Shown: positions 26,546-34,018, counted from the stretch's first letter. The stretch is DNA of 64,000 bases from Candidatus Micrarchaeota archaeon (GCA_021818925.1 JAKASU010000001.1:68036-132035); one strand, 5' to 3'. Notes: a model not told the origin generated them from the letters alone. Numbers and translations: made by a program.

Positions 26546-26791
26546 TCATTTTTTCGCCTTAATCTTCATCGCCTTCTTTACGTCTTTAGCATAAGGCTTA
26601 TTCCAATAAGGAGACTTGCAGGTAGGATTAGGGCACACAGTAGGCAGTTCATCAGTTCTGGGTATCCATTCGTGCCCACATCTTGTGCATTTCAATTTAT
26701 GTTCGAATTCAAAACCACAACGAGGGCACTTAATCATATTGAGGGGTTCGATGCTATTGCTTTTAACCCTTTCGTTATTGACTTTCGCCAT
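26546..26791 (-). CDS. Small zinc-ribbon protein (81 aa)
   Basis: CPRCG..x..CTRCG and CPNPTCKSPYW cysteine pairs, with a basic C-terminus. Confidence 0.6.
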   Translation of the reverse strand: MAKVNNERVKSNSIEPLNMIKCPRCGFEFEHKLKCTRCGHEWIPRTDELPTVCPNPTCKSPYWNKPYAKDVKKAMKIKAKK

Positions 26792-26875
26792 ATATACTTC
26801 GCCTCAACCTTTATAGTATATCATTCAAGGTATATAAAGCTATCTCCTTTGTATCGGACTCCTATAACTATACCA

Positions 26876-26893
26876 ATAGGTATATATACCTAT
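26876..26893. promoter_or_regulatory. Perfect 18-bp palindrome ATAGGTATATATACCTAT over the transposase promoter region
   Basis: Read directly from the sequence. It lies 33-50 nt upstream of the transposase ATG and is TATA-rich. Confidence 0.4.
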
Positions 26894-26925
26894 AAGTATA
26901 TAGTAATATTGAAAGGAATGGTCTT

Positions 26926-28143
26926 ATGGAATACCAAGAACTCTTGCAGATGCGTAAGGAAAGGGGCTACGAGATAGCCAAGAAGGAGAAGATAGTGCAG
27001 AAAAATGGAAAATGGCTCGTGCCGAGTGCTACGAATCCACACAAAACTTATGAAGTGGTCTTGACAATAAGCGGAGCAGAATGTAATTGCCCTGACTTCA
27101 CGGAAAGAGGGATAAAGTGCAAGCACGCCTTCGCTGTTTATTGGACTCTTACCAAGACCAGAAACAAAGATGGTTCGACAACCATAACAGAAACTAAACG
27201 CATTACTTACCCGCAGGATTGGAAAGCTTACTCAGAGGCAACTGAACAGCAAAAAGCTCTCTTCCAGAAACTTCTGAACGACCTGTGCAATACAATAGAT
27301 GAGCCAGCATACACTTTTGGCAGACCGAGAATGTCTATGCGGGATATGGTCTTCAGCTCCGCTTTGAAGGTCTACACTACCTTCTCTCTGCGACGTTTTG
27401 CTACGGATAGCAAAGAAGCACAGAGCAAGGGCTACATAAAGAAAACACCTGATTATAGCACGGTAGCCAAATATATGGAAAGCTCAGAGCTAACGACGAT
27501 ATTGAAAGAGATACTACAAATATCCGCCCTACCTCTCAAGTCCATAGAAAACGACTCATTCAGCATAGACTCCTCTGGTTTTAGCCCTAACAAATTTAGC
27601 CGATGGTATGACTATAAATGGGGCAGAGAAAGAGACCGCAAGCTATTCTACAAGGCTCACCTGCTAACAGGAAACAAAACCCACATAGTTTGCGGAGCGG
27701 AGATAACAACGCAGTATATCCAAGACGTGACTATGCTTCCGCAATTAGTTCAGGAAGTCAGTAAGAACTTCCACATAGGAGAACTCGCTGGAGATAAGGC
27801 ATATAGTAGTAGGGGAAACGTAGACGTTCTTGACAAACTGGGCATAATGCCACGCATACCTTTCAACGAGAGAGTGACGGCAAACCCAAGAGGGCATAGT
27901 CACATCTGGCGAGACCTATACAATTACTTTACCTATCACAGAGAGGCGTTCCTTGAGAAGTATCACCAGCGAAGCAACATAGAGTCTGTATTCTTTATGA
28001 TAAAGAGCAAGTTCGGGGATTATGTAAGGAGCAAGACGGACACAGCGTGCATCAACGAGATTTACCTCAAACTGATTTGCCACAACCTGTGCTGTGTAAT
28101 ACAGGAGACGTTTGAGCTTGGGATACAGGCTAACTTCTCGTGA
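26926..28143 (+). CDS. DDE transposase (IS4/IS5-superfamily DDE_Tnp_1-like) with an N-terminal SWIM zinc finger
   Basis: SWIM CNCPDF...CKHAFAV. DDE candidates are IDSSGF, GDKAYSS and YHQRSNIESVFFMIKSKFG. Confidence 0.85.
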   Translation: MEYQELLQMRKERGYEIAKKEKIVQKNGKWLVPSATNPHKTYEVVLTISGAECNCPDFTERGIKCKHAFAVYWTLTKTRNKDGSTTITETKRITYPQDWKAYSEATEQQKALFQKLLNDLCNTIDEPAYTFGRPRMSMRDMVFSSALKVYTTFSLRRFATDSKEAQSKGYIKKTPDYSTVAKYMESSELTTILKEILQISALPLKSIENDSFSIDSSGFSPNKFSRWYDYKWGRERDRKLFYKAHLLTGNKTHIVCGAEITTQYIQDVTMLPQLVQEVSKNFHIGELAGDKAYSSRGNVDVLDKLGIMPRIPFNERVTANPRGHSHIWRDLYNYFTYHREAFLEKYHQRSNIESVFFMIKSKFGDYVRSKTDTACINEIYLKLICHNLCCVIQETFELGIQANFS

Positions 28144-28350
28144 TTACTTCTTGCTTCTCTTGAAGTGCCTTATCCCATCTACTATATCCGCCACCTTCGT
28201 TATTTTTTCCTGCAAATCTTCTGGGCTTGAAGGTATTGGATTCTGCATATCGTTTGGCAGATACCTATGTGTGATAAAGAATACTCTGCCGTTCTTTCCG
28301 TTGCTCCAGCTTATCAAGATTCGGTCTGATTCGCCGACCTTTTTAGCCAT
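28144..28350 (-). CDS. Hypothetical 68-aa protein inside the right transposon end
   Basis: The ORF abuts the transposase stop codon, tail to tail. Repeats lie upstream of its start. No motif recognised. Confidence 0.35.
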   Translation of the reverse strand: MAKKVGESDRILISWSNGKNGRVFFITHRYLPNDMQNPIPSSPEDLQEKITKVADIVDGIRHFKRSKK

Positions 28351-28370
28351 AGAAACCCCATTCTTAAATT

Positions 28371-28415
28371 GTTGATAAAGTAATAAAAATGTTGATAAAG
28401 TCAGACTAAATCAAC
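28371..28415. repeat. Right-end copies of the GTTGAnnnAGTC repeat (two direct at 28371 and 28391, one inverted at 28404)
   Basis: GTTGATAAAGTA and GTTGATAAAGTC, then GACTAAATCAAC. The last two form a near-palindrome. Confidence 0.65.
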
Positions 28416-28421
28416 AAAGCC
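28404..28421. repeat. Terminal inverted repeat, right (GACTAAATCAACAAAGCC)
   Basis: Perfect reverse complement of 23730-23747. Confidence 0.85.
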
Positions 28422-28430
28422 CTTTACGCT
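28422..28430. repeat. Target-site duplication, right copy (CTTTACGCT)
   Basis: Identical to 23721-23729. Confidence 0.8.
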
Positions 28431-28595
28431 AAGCCAGACCCTAATCGTATACAAACAATAAGAATGTTCCACGCCTATTCAGCTAGATCAGGATGGCAAA
28501 GGGCAGATAATTCCAAACAGCATGCTACTAGCCGGAGCCTCGTTTCCTTGCTCTCTTTTTATTCATTCCGTTTCCAATACTAGCAGTGCTTCGAT

Positions 28596-30290
28596 ATGAA
28601 GATACTCCAGTTGGACGTAGAGAAACTTACATACGACGTGCTCAAGCCCGAGGCTAGCGTCTATGAGGAGACCAAGGAGAAGCATGCGGAGTTCAGGGAC
28701 GCGCTTGTGATGTGGGTCTGCGTGGAGAAGGGGGATACCGACGATACCGCAGACGCCGCGCTCAAAGACACTGTGTCTTTCATGGAGCAGGTGGGTAGGA
28801 AGAAGCTCGTGGTCTACCCGTTCGCGCATCTGAGCAGTGATCTAGCAGAGCCGAAGGAGGCGATGCGCATACTCGACCATATGTACAAAGGAGTTCCGAA
28901 GAATATAGAGGCAAGCAAGGCACCGTTCGGCTGGACCAAGAAGTTCACCATAGAGATGAAAGGGCATCCGCTTGCTGAGCAGGCGAAGAGCTACGACAGC
29001 AAGGGCGGGGGGAAGAAGACCTATAAGAAGGCGAAACCGACAGGCATAAACACGGCAATAGTCAAGAAGAGCGACTGGGCGGGCCTTCCGGAGAACGACC
29101 ACAGGACCATAGGCGAGAAGCTTGACCTGTACAGCTTCCAGGAGGTATCCCCGGCCATGGTCTACTGGCACCCAAAGGGCTTCACGATATACAAGCAGCT
29201 CGTTGCATTCCTCAGGGAGAAGGAGGATGAGTACGAGTACGAGGAGGTGAGCACTCCTGGCCTAGCGAACGTGGCGCTGTGGCACATGAGCGGCCACGAC
29301 GAGCACTACAAGGAGAACATGTTCACCTTCGAGTCGCAGTTCGGCGAGATAGGGCTTAAGCCGATGAACTGCCCGTCTACGATAATGATCTACAAGTCAA
29401 GGAAGTGGAGCTACCGCGACCTCCCGTTCCGCACAGCCATCTTCGACAGGCTCTACAGGAGCGAGCTCAGCGGAGCTGTCACCGGCCTCTTCAGGGTCAA
29501 GGAACTTACGCAGGACGACGGCCACATCTTCGTGCGCGAGGACCAGATAGACAAGGAGCTGGACTCGCTGCTGCGCATGGTCAAGGAGATCTACGACACC
29601 TTTGGGCTCAAGTATGCACCCAAGCTCTCCACAATGCCCGACGACCATGCGGGTGAGAAGGCAGAGTGGGACAGGGCGACTGCGCAGCTGAAGAAGGCGC
29701 TTGACGAGCACAAGATGAAGTACGAGTTGAAGGAGAAGGAGGGCTCGTTCTACGCCCCGAAGATCGACTTCGACATCTTCGACTCGCAGGGTCGCGCATG
29801 GCAGGTCGCAACAATACAGCTCGACTACCAGATGCCGAAGAGGTTCAAGCTCGAGTACACCGGCGAGGACGGCAAGGAGCACACGCCCGTGATGATCCAC
29901 AGGGCCATTCTCGGCAGCCTTGAGAGATTCGTCGGCATACTCGTGGAACATTACCAGGGCAAGTTCCCAACGTGGCTGGCGCCTGTGCAGGTAAGGGTGA
30001 TCGCCATATCCGACCAGTCTAACGAGTACGCTCACAAGGTCTACGAAAGCCTCAGGAAGGCGCACATAAGAGCTGAGGAGGACATCGGCGGAAAGACGAT
30101 GGAGTACAAGCTCAGGGACGCCATAGGCCAGAAGATACCTTACGTGCTTGTTGTCGGCAAGAAGGAGGTGGACGCCGGCACGGTAGCGGTAAGGACAAGG
30201 AGTGGCGGACAGAAGTTCGGTGTAAAGCTCGATGACTTCGTAGGCAAGATAAAGGTCGAGAGCGAGAAGAGGCTCGCAAGCCCCAACTAG
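28596..30290 (+). CDS. thrS: Threonyl-tRNA synthetase (archaeal type with an N-terminal editing domain)
   Basis: 564 aa with a class II core, HRAILGSLERF and a C-terminal anticodon-binding domain. Confidence 0.95.
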   Translation: MKILQLDVEKLTYDVLKPEASVYEETKEKHAEFRDALVMWVCVEKGDTDDTADAALKDTVSFMEQVGRKKLVVYPFAHLSSDLAEPKEAMRILDHMYKGVPKNIEASKAPFGWTKKFTIEMKGHPLAEQAKSYDSKGGGKKTYKKAKPTGINTAIVKKSDWAGLPENDHRTIGEKLDLYSFQEVSPAMVYWHPKGFTIYKQLVAFLREKEDEYEYEEVSTPGLANVALWHMSGHDEHYKENMFTFESQFGEIGLKPMNCPSTIMIYKSRKWSYRDLPFRTAIFDRLYRSELSGAVTGLFRVKELTQDDGHIFVREDQIDKELDSLLRMVKEIYDTFGLKYAPKLSTMPDDHAGEKAEWDRATAQLKKALDEHKMKYELKEKEGSFYAPKIDFDIFDSQGRAWQVATIQLDYQMPKRFKLEYTGEDGKEHTPVMIHRAILGSLERFVGILVEHYQGKFPTWLAPVQVRVIAISDQSNEYAHKVYESLRKAHIRAEEDIGGKTMEYKLRDAIGQKIPYVLVVGKKEVDAGTVAVRTRSGGQKFGVKLDDFVGKIKVESEKRLASPN

Positions 30291-30298
30291 CCTCGATT

Positions 30299-30335
30299 AA
30301 AGATAAAAAAAAAAGAAAAAGGAAAACAAAAAACA
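30299..30335 (-). terminator. Long oligo-T tract (A-rich on the + strand) downstream of the minus-strand small gene
   Basis: The minus strand reads TTTTTTGTTTTCCTTTTTCTTTTTTTTTT. Archaeal terminators are T-tracts. Confidence 0.5.
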
Positions 30336-30351
30336 GGGTGGGAAGGAAGAA

Positions 30352-30507
30352 TCAGTTGTTCTTCTCTATCGCCTTTATCCTTTCAGCCACGCCCTTCGCT
30401 TCCTCCTCGAGGTTCTTCTTGTACTCCTTCAGCATCTCTATTTTCTCCTCCTTGGTCAGGAAGTTTCTCATTCCGTATCCGCCTCCGCATCCACAATCTC
30501 CGTTCAT
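30352..30507 (-). CDS. Small 51-aa protein: Cys/Gly-rich N-terminus plus coiled coil (DUF5320-like)
   Basis: Below the ORF-track size cutoff. Hand translation gives MNGDCGCGGGYGMRNFLTKEEKIEMLKEYKKNLEEEAKGVAERIKAIEKNN. It is divergent from the PadR gene. Confidence 0.55.
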   Translation of the reverse strand: MNGDCGCGGGYGMRNFLTKEEKIEMLKEYKKNLEEEAKGVAERIKAIEKNN

Positions 30508-30534
30508 TTTATTTCACCTATTGCGTCCAAATAT

Positions 30535-30585
30535 AGGACATCATATATTATGCATCAGCATATATTTAAATATATCGTATGTCCT
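30535..30585. promoter_or_regulatory. Imperfect palindrome (AGGACATCATATAT...ATATATCGTATGTCCT) in the divergent PadR/small-gene intergenic region; candidate operator
   Basis: The outer arms AGGACA/TGTCCT are perfect and the AT-rich core holds both TATA candidates. Confidence 0.4.
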
Positions 30586-30601
30586 ATACTTGCTGGATGC
30601 G

Positions 30602-30910
30602 ATGCGCGGAGACTACGGATGCGACATGCGCGGCATGCTCTCGTTCCAGGTAATGTGGCTGCTCTCCAGGAGACCGATGCACGGCGACGAACTCGCCGAG
30701 GAGATAGCGAAACGGAGGGGCAGCAAGCCCAAGGCGGGTACGATCTATCCCGCGCTCAAGGCACTGGAGGAGAGCGGAGTAATCTCAGGGAAGAAGAGGG
30801 GCAATACCGTAGTGTACTCGCTCACAGCAGAGGGCAGGAGGGATGTAAAGCGCGCGGTCATCTACTTCTGCCACTCGTTCGGGGAGATATTCGAGGCAGG
30901 CACGGCCTAG
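30602..30910 (+). CDS. PadR-family transcriptional regulator
   Basis: 102 aa with GTIYPALKALEESGVISGKK (wHTH). The ATG at 30602 was chosen because the upstream part of ORF 30338 is low-complexity and antisense to the small gene. Confidence 0.85.
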   Translation: MRGDYGCDMRGMLSFQVMWLLSRRPMHGDELAEEIAKRRGSKPKAGTIYPALKALEESGVISGKKRGNTVVYSLTAEGRRDVKRAVIYFCHSFGEIFEAGTA

Positions 30911-31031
30911 AGTAGATCTCAGACCGTGCCTGCGGTCACGGGCCAAGGCAAGCAATCCGGAGGCATGCTGCCACTGACGCAAACCCGACATTCCAGCAAC
31001 ACTTATATCCTTTAGGGTACATAATCGATGC

Positions 31032-32435
31032 ATGGTAGGGAAGGTTCCCATTGCCGCGGCAGTGGCCGTACTGATTGTGATAGTCGCAGCTGTCATGCTG
31101 CTCGGAGGCCAGCCTGCTGCTGCGCATAACGTGATGGCGATACAGCTCACCGATCCGCCGCAGGTGCCAAACGGCACGACGGCGCTGGTCATAGCCTACT
31201 CGTCGGTCGCGGTGCAGGTCGGCGGAGTCGCCTCTTCCGGCTGGCTGTCGGCGAACGGCACCGGCAGCGTAGACCTAATGAAGGTGATCAACCTGAAGCA
31301 GACCATAGGCACTATCGCCATGCCCCAGAACGCGATGGTTGAGATGGTCAGGTTCAACGTCACGTCTGCGCAGATAACTGTAAATGGCACCACATACAAC
31401 GTGACAGTGCCGAGTGGTCAGATAACCGCGCACATCAGCGGCGGACTCTCAGTGAACGGCAACGAGAGCATACTCATGGACCTATCGCCCACCGTAGCCA
31501 CGATAATCACCAGCAACTCCACGCTCTTCGTGCTCGTGCCTTCGATCAGGGCCGTACTTGTGCCCGGTGCCAGCAACTCCACCACGCGCTCTATCGGAGC
31601 AAGGGTGCAGCTGCACGGCAACGACACCGCAGAGCTGGAGGCGCATACACCTAACATAAGCGTGTCGAACGCAGCGCTCTCGGTGGTTGGCAACTCTACA
31701 CACCTCTCGCTCACTGTAACTGACAACTCGAACTCCAGCGTGAGCCTGCAGCACCTAGACCTGTCCGGCAACCTCACGGTATCATTCAACGCTACAGCGG
31801 CGCAGCAGTCCGCCCATTCAATGCTCGTCAACCTGGCAAGCAACCTGAGCAGCTTCTGCACTGCGGTCAACGCATCGGGCAACGCCACTGCTAACGCCAT
31901 CGTGAAAGAGAGGACGAACATAAGCAGCGAGGCGCATATCGAAGCCAACGCGAGCAACGGCAGCGGGGCGTTCCAGAAGTTCAACGCGAGCAACATAGAC
32001 CGCGCGGCCAACGCTTCCATCGCCTCGAGCTCCGAGTTTGAGGCCGAGGGCCACGCCTTCGGTGACATAAGTGTGGAGATAAACGCGAGCGCTTGCACCC
32101 ACGCTGGCCTCTCGAACATTACCGCGAAGATAGAGGACAGGATAGCGAACTTCAGCCGCAGGATAGAGAACGAGCAGATGGGCTTCAGGTTCATCACATT
32201 CGCCATATCGAACAACGGCACGCTGGTTGTGCCATCGAGCGAGACCAGCCTGTTCGAAAACTCGAACCTAACGCTTCAGTCCAGGCAGTCGGTCACACTG
32301 CAGTTCAGCGGCCCGCTTACCTTCGCGGACAACCACTTCCTCTTCGCGGTCCATCCAGGGAGCACTTATAAGGTGACGGTGCAGGGCGAAGAGGGCGCGC
32401 GCGCCTCGGCGAACGTGACCGCAACTCAGGGCTAG
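31032..32435 (+). CDS. Membrane-anchored, heavily sequon-decorated surface protein with a DUF4382-like N-terminal domain
   Basis: N-terminal TM/signal anchor, then IQLTDPP...VDLMKV...VTVPSGQI (DUF4382-like pattern). I counted 28 N-x-S/T sequons in 467 aa by hand. Confidence 0.7.
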   Translation: MVGKVPIAAAVAVLIVIVAAVMLLGGQPAAAHNVMAIQLTDPPQVPNGTTALVIAYSSVAVQVGGVASSGWLSANGTGSVDLMKVINLKQTIGTIAMPQNAMVEMVRFNVTSAQITVNGTTYNVTVPSGQITAHISGGLSVNGNESILMDLSPTVATIITSNSTLFVLVPSIRAVLVPGASNSTTRSIGARVQLHGNDTAELEAHTPNISVSNAALSVVGNSTHLSLTVTDNSNSSVSLQHLDLSGNLTVSFNATAAQQSAHSMLVNLASNLSSFCTAVNASGNATANAIVKERTNISSEAHIEANASNGSGAFQKFNASNIDRAANASIASSSEFEAEGHAFGDISVEINASACTHAGLSNITAKIEDRIANFSRRIENEQMGFRFITFAISNNGTLVVPSSETSLFENSNLTLQSRQSVTLQFSGPLTFADNHFLFAVHPGSTYKVTVQGEEGARASANVTATQG

Positions 32436-32497
32436 CCCTAAAGCGCATGGCGATACGACCGTCCAACTCCTTTAGGGAGGCGTTCGAAAGCCGGTAG

Positions 32498-33682
32498 TCA
32501 GTCCTGTGGTCCTCCTCCTCCGGTCCAGCCTCCACCGCTGCCCGGTATCTCGCAGTAGGAATCGCCGTAGACAGGAATGGGGAAAGGCGTTGTCTCAGTC
32601 CAGTTGCTTATCCCAGAGCTGGACACCCGTGCGTACCACGACTGGTGGCCAGAGCTTGTGTTGTCACGGCTTCCCACGCAGTAGATGTAGCCATCGTGTA
32701 TGTCGCATCCTCCCTGTATGAGGGCGAAGGGCGCATTTGTGGTCTGCGTCCATTTGCCTATACCGTTGCCTGACACCGGAGCGAAGTAGGTCTGGTTCTC
32801 GTTATACGCGTTGCCGCCTAAGCAGTATATGTAGCTGTCGTAGATGGAGCAGCCGTCGAGTGTGAACTCTGTCGGGAAAGGCGTTGTAGGCTTCCATTGC
32901 CCTATTCCATCGCTTGAGACGTTGGCGAAGAACGTCAGACTGCTCGTCCTGTTCTGGATTACAATGTCAACGTCATAGTCCGTCGCACCGATGGCGTGCT
33001 TGACCTCCGCACCTCCCACGCAGTATATGTATCCGTTGCTTATCGCACAGCTTCCCCAGTAGAACGGGATGGGATACGGGGTGGAGTTCCGCCACTGGCC
33101 TATCCCCGAGTCTGATATCGACGCATACTCAGTCGCGTTCTGTTCGTAGTACCACCAATCACCCACACAGTACATGTAGCCTCTATACGCCGAGCAGCTC
33201 TGGTAAGACACGCGGAACGGGTAGCTTGTTGTTCGTGTCCAATTGCCTATGCCCGACCCCGATATAGGAGCGTAGTAGGACTCGTTTTCCAAAAAGGTTG
33301 CATTTGTTCCAGTGCAGTAGATGTACTTGTGGTAGATGTCGCATCCAACGTCGTCAACACCCACCGGGTATCCGGTTGTGTTGTGCCATTGCCCGATTCC
33401 GCCAGAGGTGAGCGGCGCGAAGAACGTGAGGTTCTGGTTGCCATGGCCCGAATCTCCGACGCAGTAGATATATGTTGTGTTGGCTGTAGTGTTTGTCCTT
33501 ACGACGCTTTGAATGGTGCTGGCGCTGACATTTAAGGAAGAGTTCCGAATCGAGAAGTAAGACAGCAATCCCACCAAACCGACAAAGAGCGTTATCGAAG
33601 CTAACACAATGATGGATTGCAGGCGTATGCGCTTCCTTCTCTTAGCTTTCGCGGAGTACGGCATGCTAAGGAAAGAAATCAT
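32498..33682 (-). CDS. Membrane-anchored six-blade beta-propeller-like repeat protein (Kelch-like, YIYC repeats)
   Basis: One N-terminal TM helix, then six roughly 50-aa repeats of the form YIYC(V/L)G...Y(F/Y)AP(I/V)S(G/S)xGIGxWxxTTxxP...C. The start may instead be M7 at 33664, which lies about 25 nt downstream of a TATA box. Confidence 0.7.
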   Translation of the reverse strand: MISFLSMPYSAKAKRRKRIRLQSIIVLASITLFVGLVGLLSYFSIRNSSLNVSASTIQSVVRTNTTANTTYIYCVGDSGHGNQNLTFFAPLTSGGIGQWHNTTGYPVGVDDVGCDIYHKYIYCTGTNATFLENESYYAPISGSGIGNWTRTTSYPFRVSYQSCSAYRGYMYCVGDWWYYEQNATEYASISDSGIGQWRNSTPYPIPFYWGSCAISNGYIYCVGGAEVKHAIGATDYDVDIVIQNRTSSLTFFANVSSDGIGQWKPTTPFPTEFTLDGCSIYDSYIYCLGGNAYNENQTYFAPVSGNGIGKWTQTTNAPFALIQGGCDIHDGYIYCVGSRDNTSSGHQSWYARVSSSGISNWTETTPFPIPVYGDSYCEIPGSGGGWTGGGGPQD

Positions 33683-33715
33683 GATTTTATAAATGCTTCT
33701 GGAGAGGAGCAGCGG

Positions 33716-34018
33716 CTATCGCAGCGCGCCCTCGCGGACGAGCATGCGCTTCTTGGCCTTTGAACCGCCCCTGCCGGAATAGTTCCCAATCCCGTCGACG
33801 CGCACGACCCTATGGCACGGTATCATGGGAGCAAGGGGATTGATCCGCATCACGTTGCCTACTGCACGGTATGCCTTGGGCTTGCGAACCGCAACAGCTA
33901 TCTGCTTGTATGTTCTTGTCTCTCCTTTAGGTATTGCTGCAGCAGCAACCAGCACATCTTTCTGGAATTTTGTAAGCCTGTGCTTGTTGAGAAGCTTTCT
34001 TGCTGTTTTAGCATTCAT
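33716..34018 (-). CDS. ogt: Methylated-DNA-protein-cysteine methyltransferase, minimal (C-terminal domain only)
   Basis: PCHRV active-site motif and YKQIA. About 100 aa from the ATG at 34018. Confidence 0.8.
   Translation of the reverse strand: MNAKTARKLLNKHRLTKFQKDVLVAAAAIPKGETRTYKQIAVAVRKPKAYRAVGNVMRINPLAPMIPCHRVVRVDGIGNYSGRGGSKAKKRMLVREGALR

Larger units (their letters stand above)
23730..28421 (+). mobile_element. 4,692-bp cargo transposon: IR-L, restriction endonuclease candidate, N6A methyltransferase, Zn-ribbon ORF, SWIM+DDE transposase, 68-aa ORF, IR-R
   Basis: Perfect 18-nt terminal inverted repeats, a flanking 9-nt direct repeat, AT-rich composition compared with the flanks, and a single DDE transposase. 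Confidence 0.75.

Noticed and set aside
30299-30335. A-rich tract as an integration scar or simple-sequence repeat
   Set aside because: It is best explained as the oligo-T terminator of the minus-strand 51-aa gene, and possibly as a bidirectional spacer after thrS.
30338-30601. N-terminal extension of the PadR ORF (190-aa version)
   Set aside because: This part is Ser/Phe/Ile low complexity and antisense to a better small gene (30352-30507). PadR proteins are about 100-110 aa.
31418-32221. 267-aa minus-strand ORF
   Set aside because: It is antisense to the sequon-rich surface protein gene. The plus-strand frame has a signal anchor, a DUF4382-like domain and a TATA-like element upstream.
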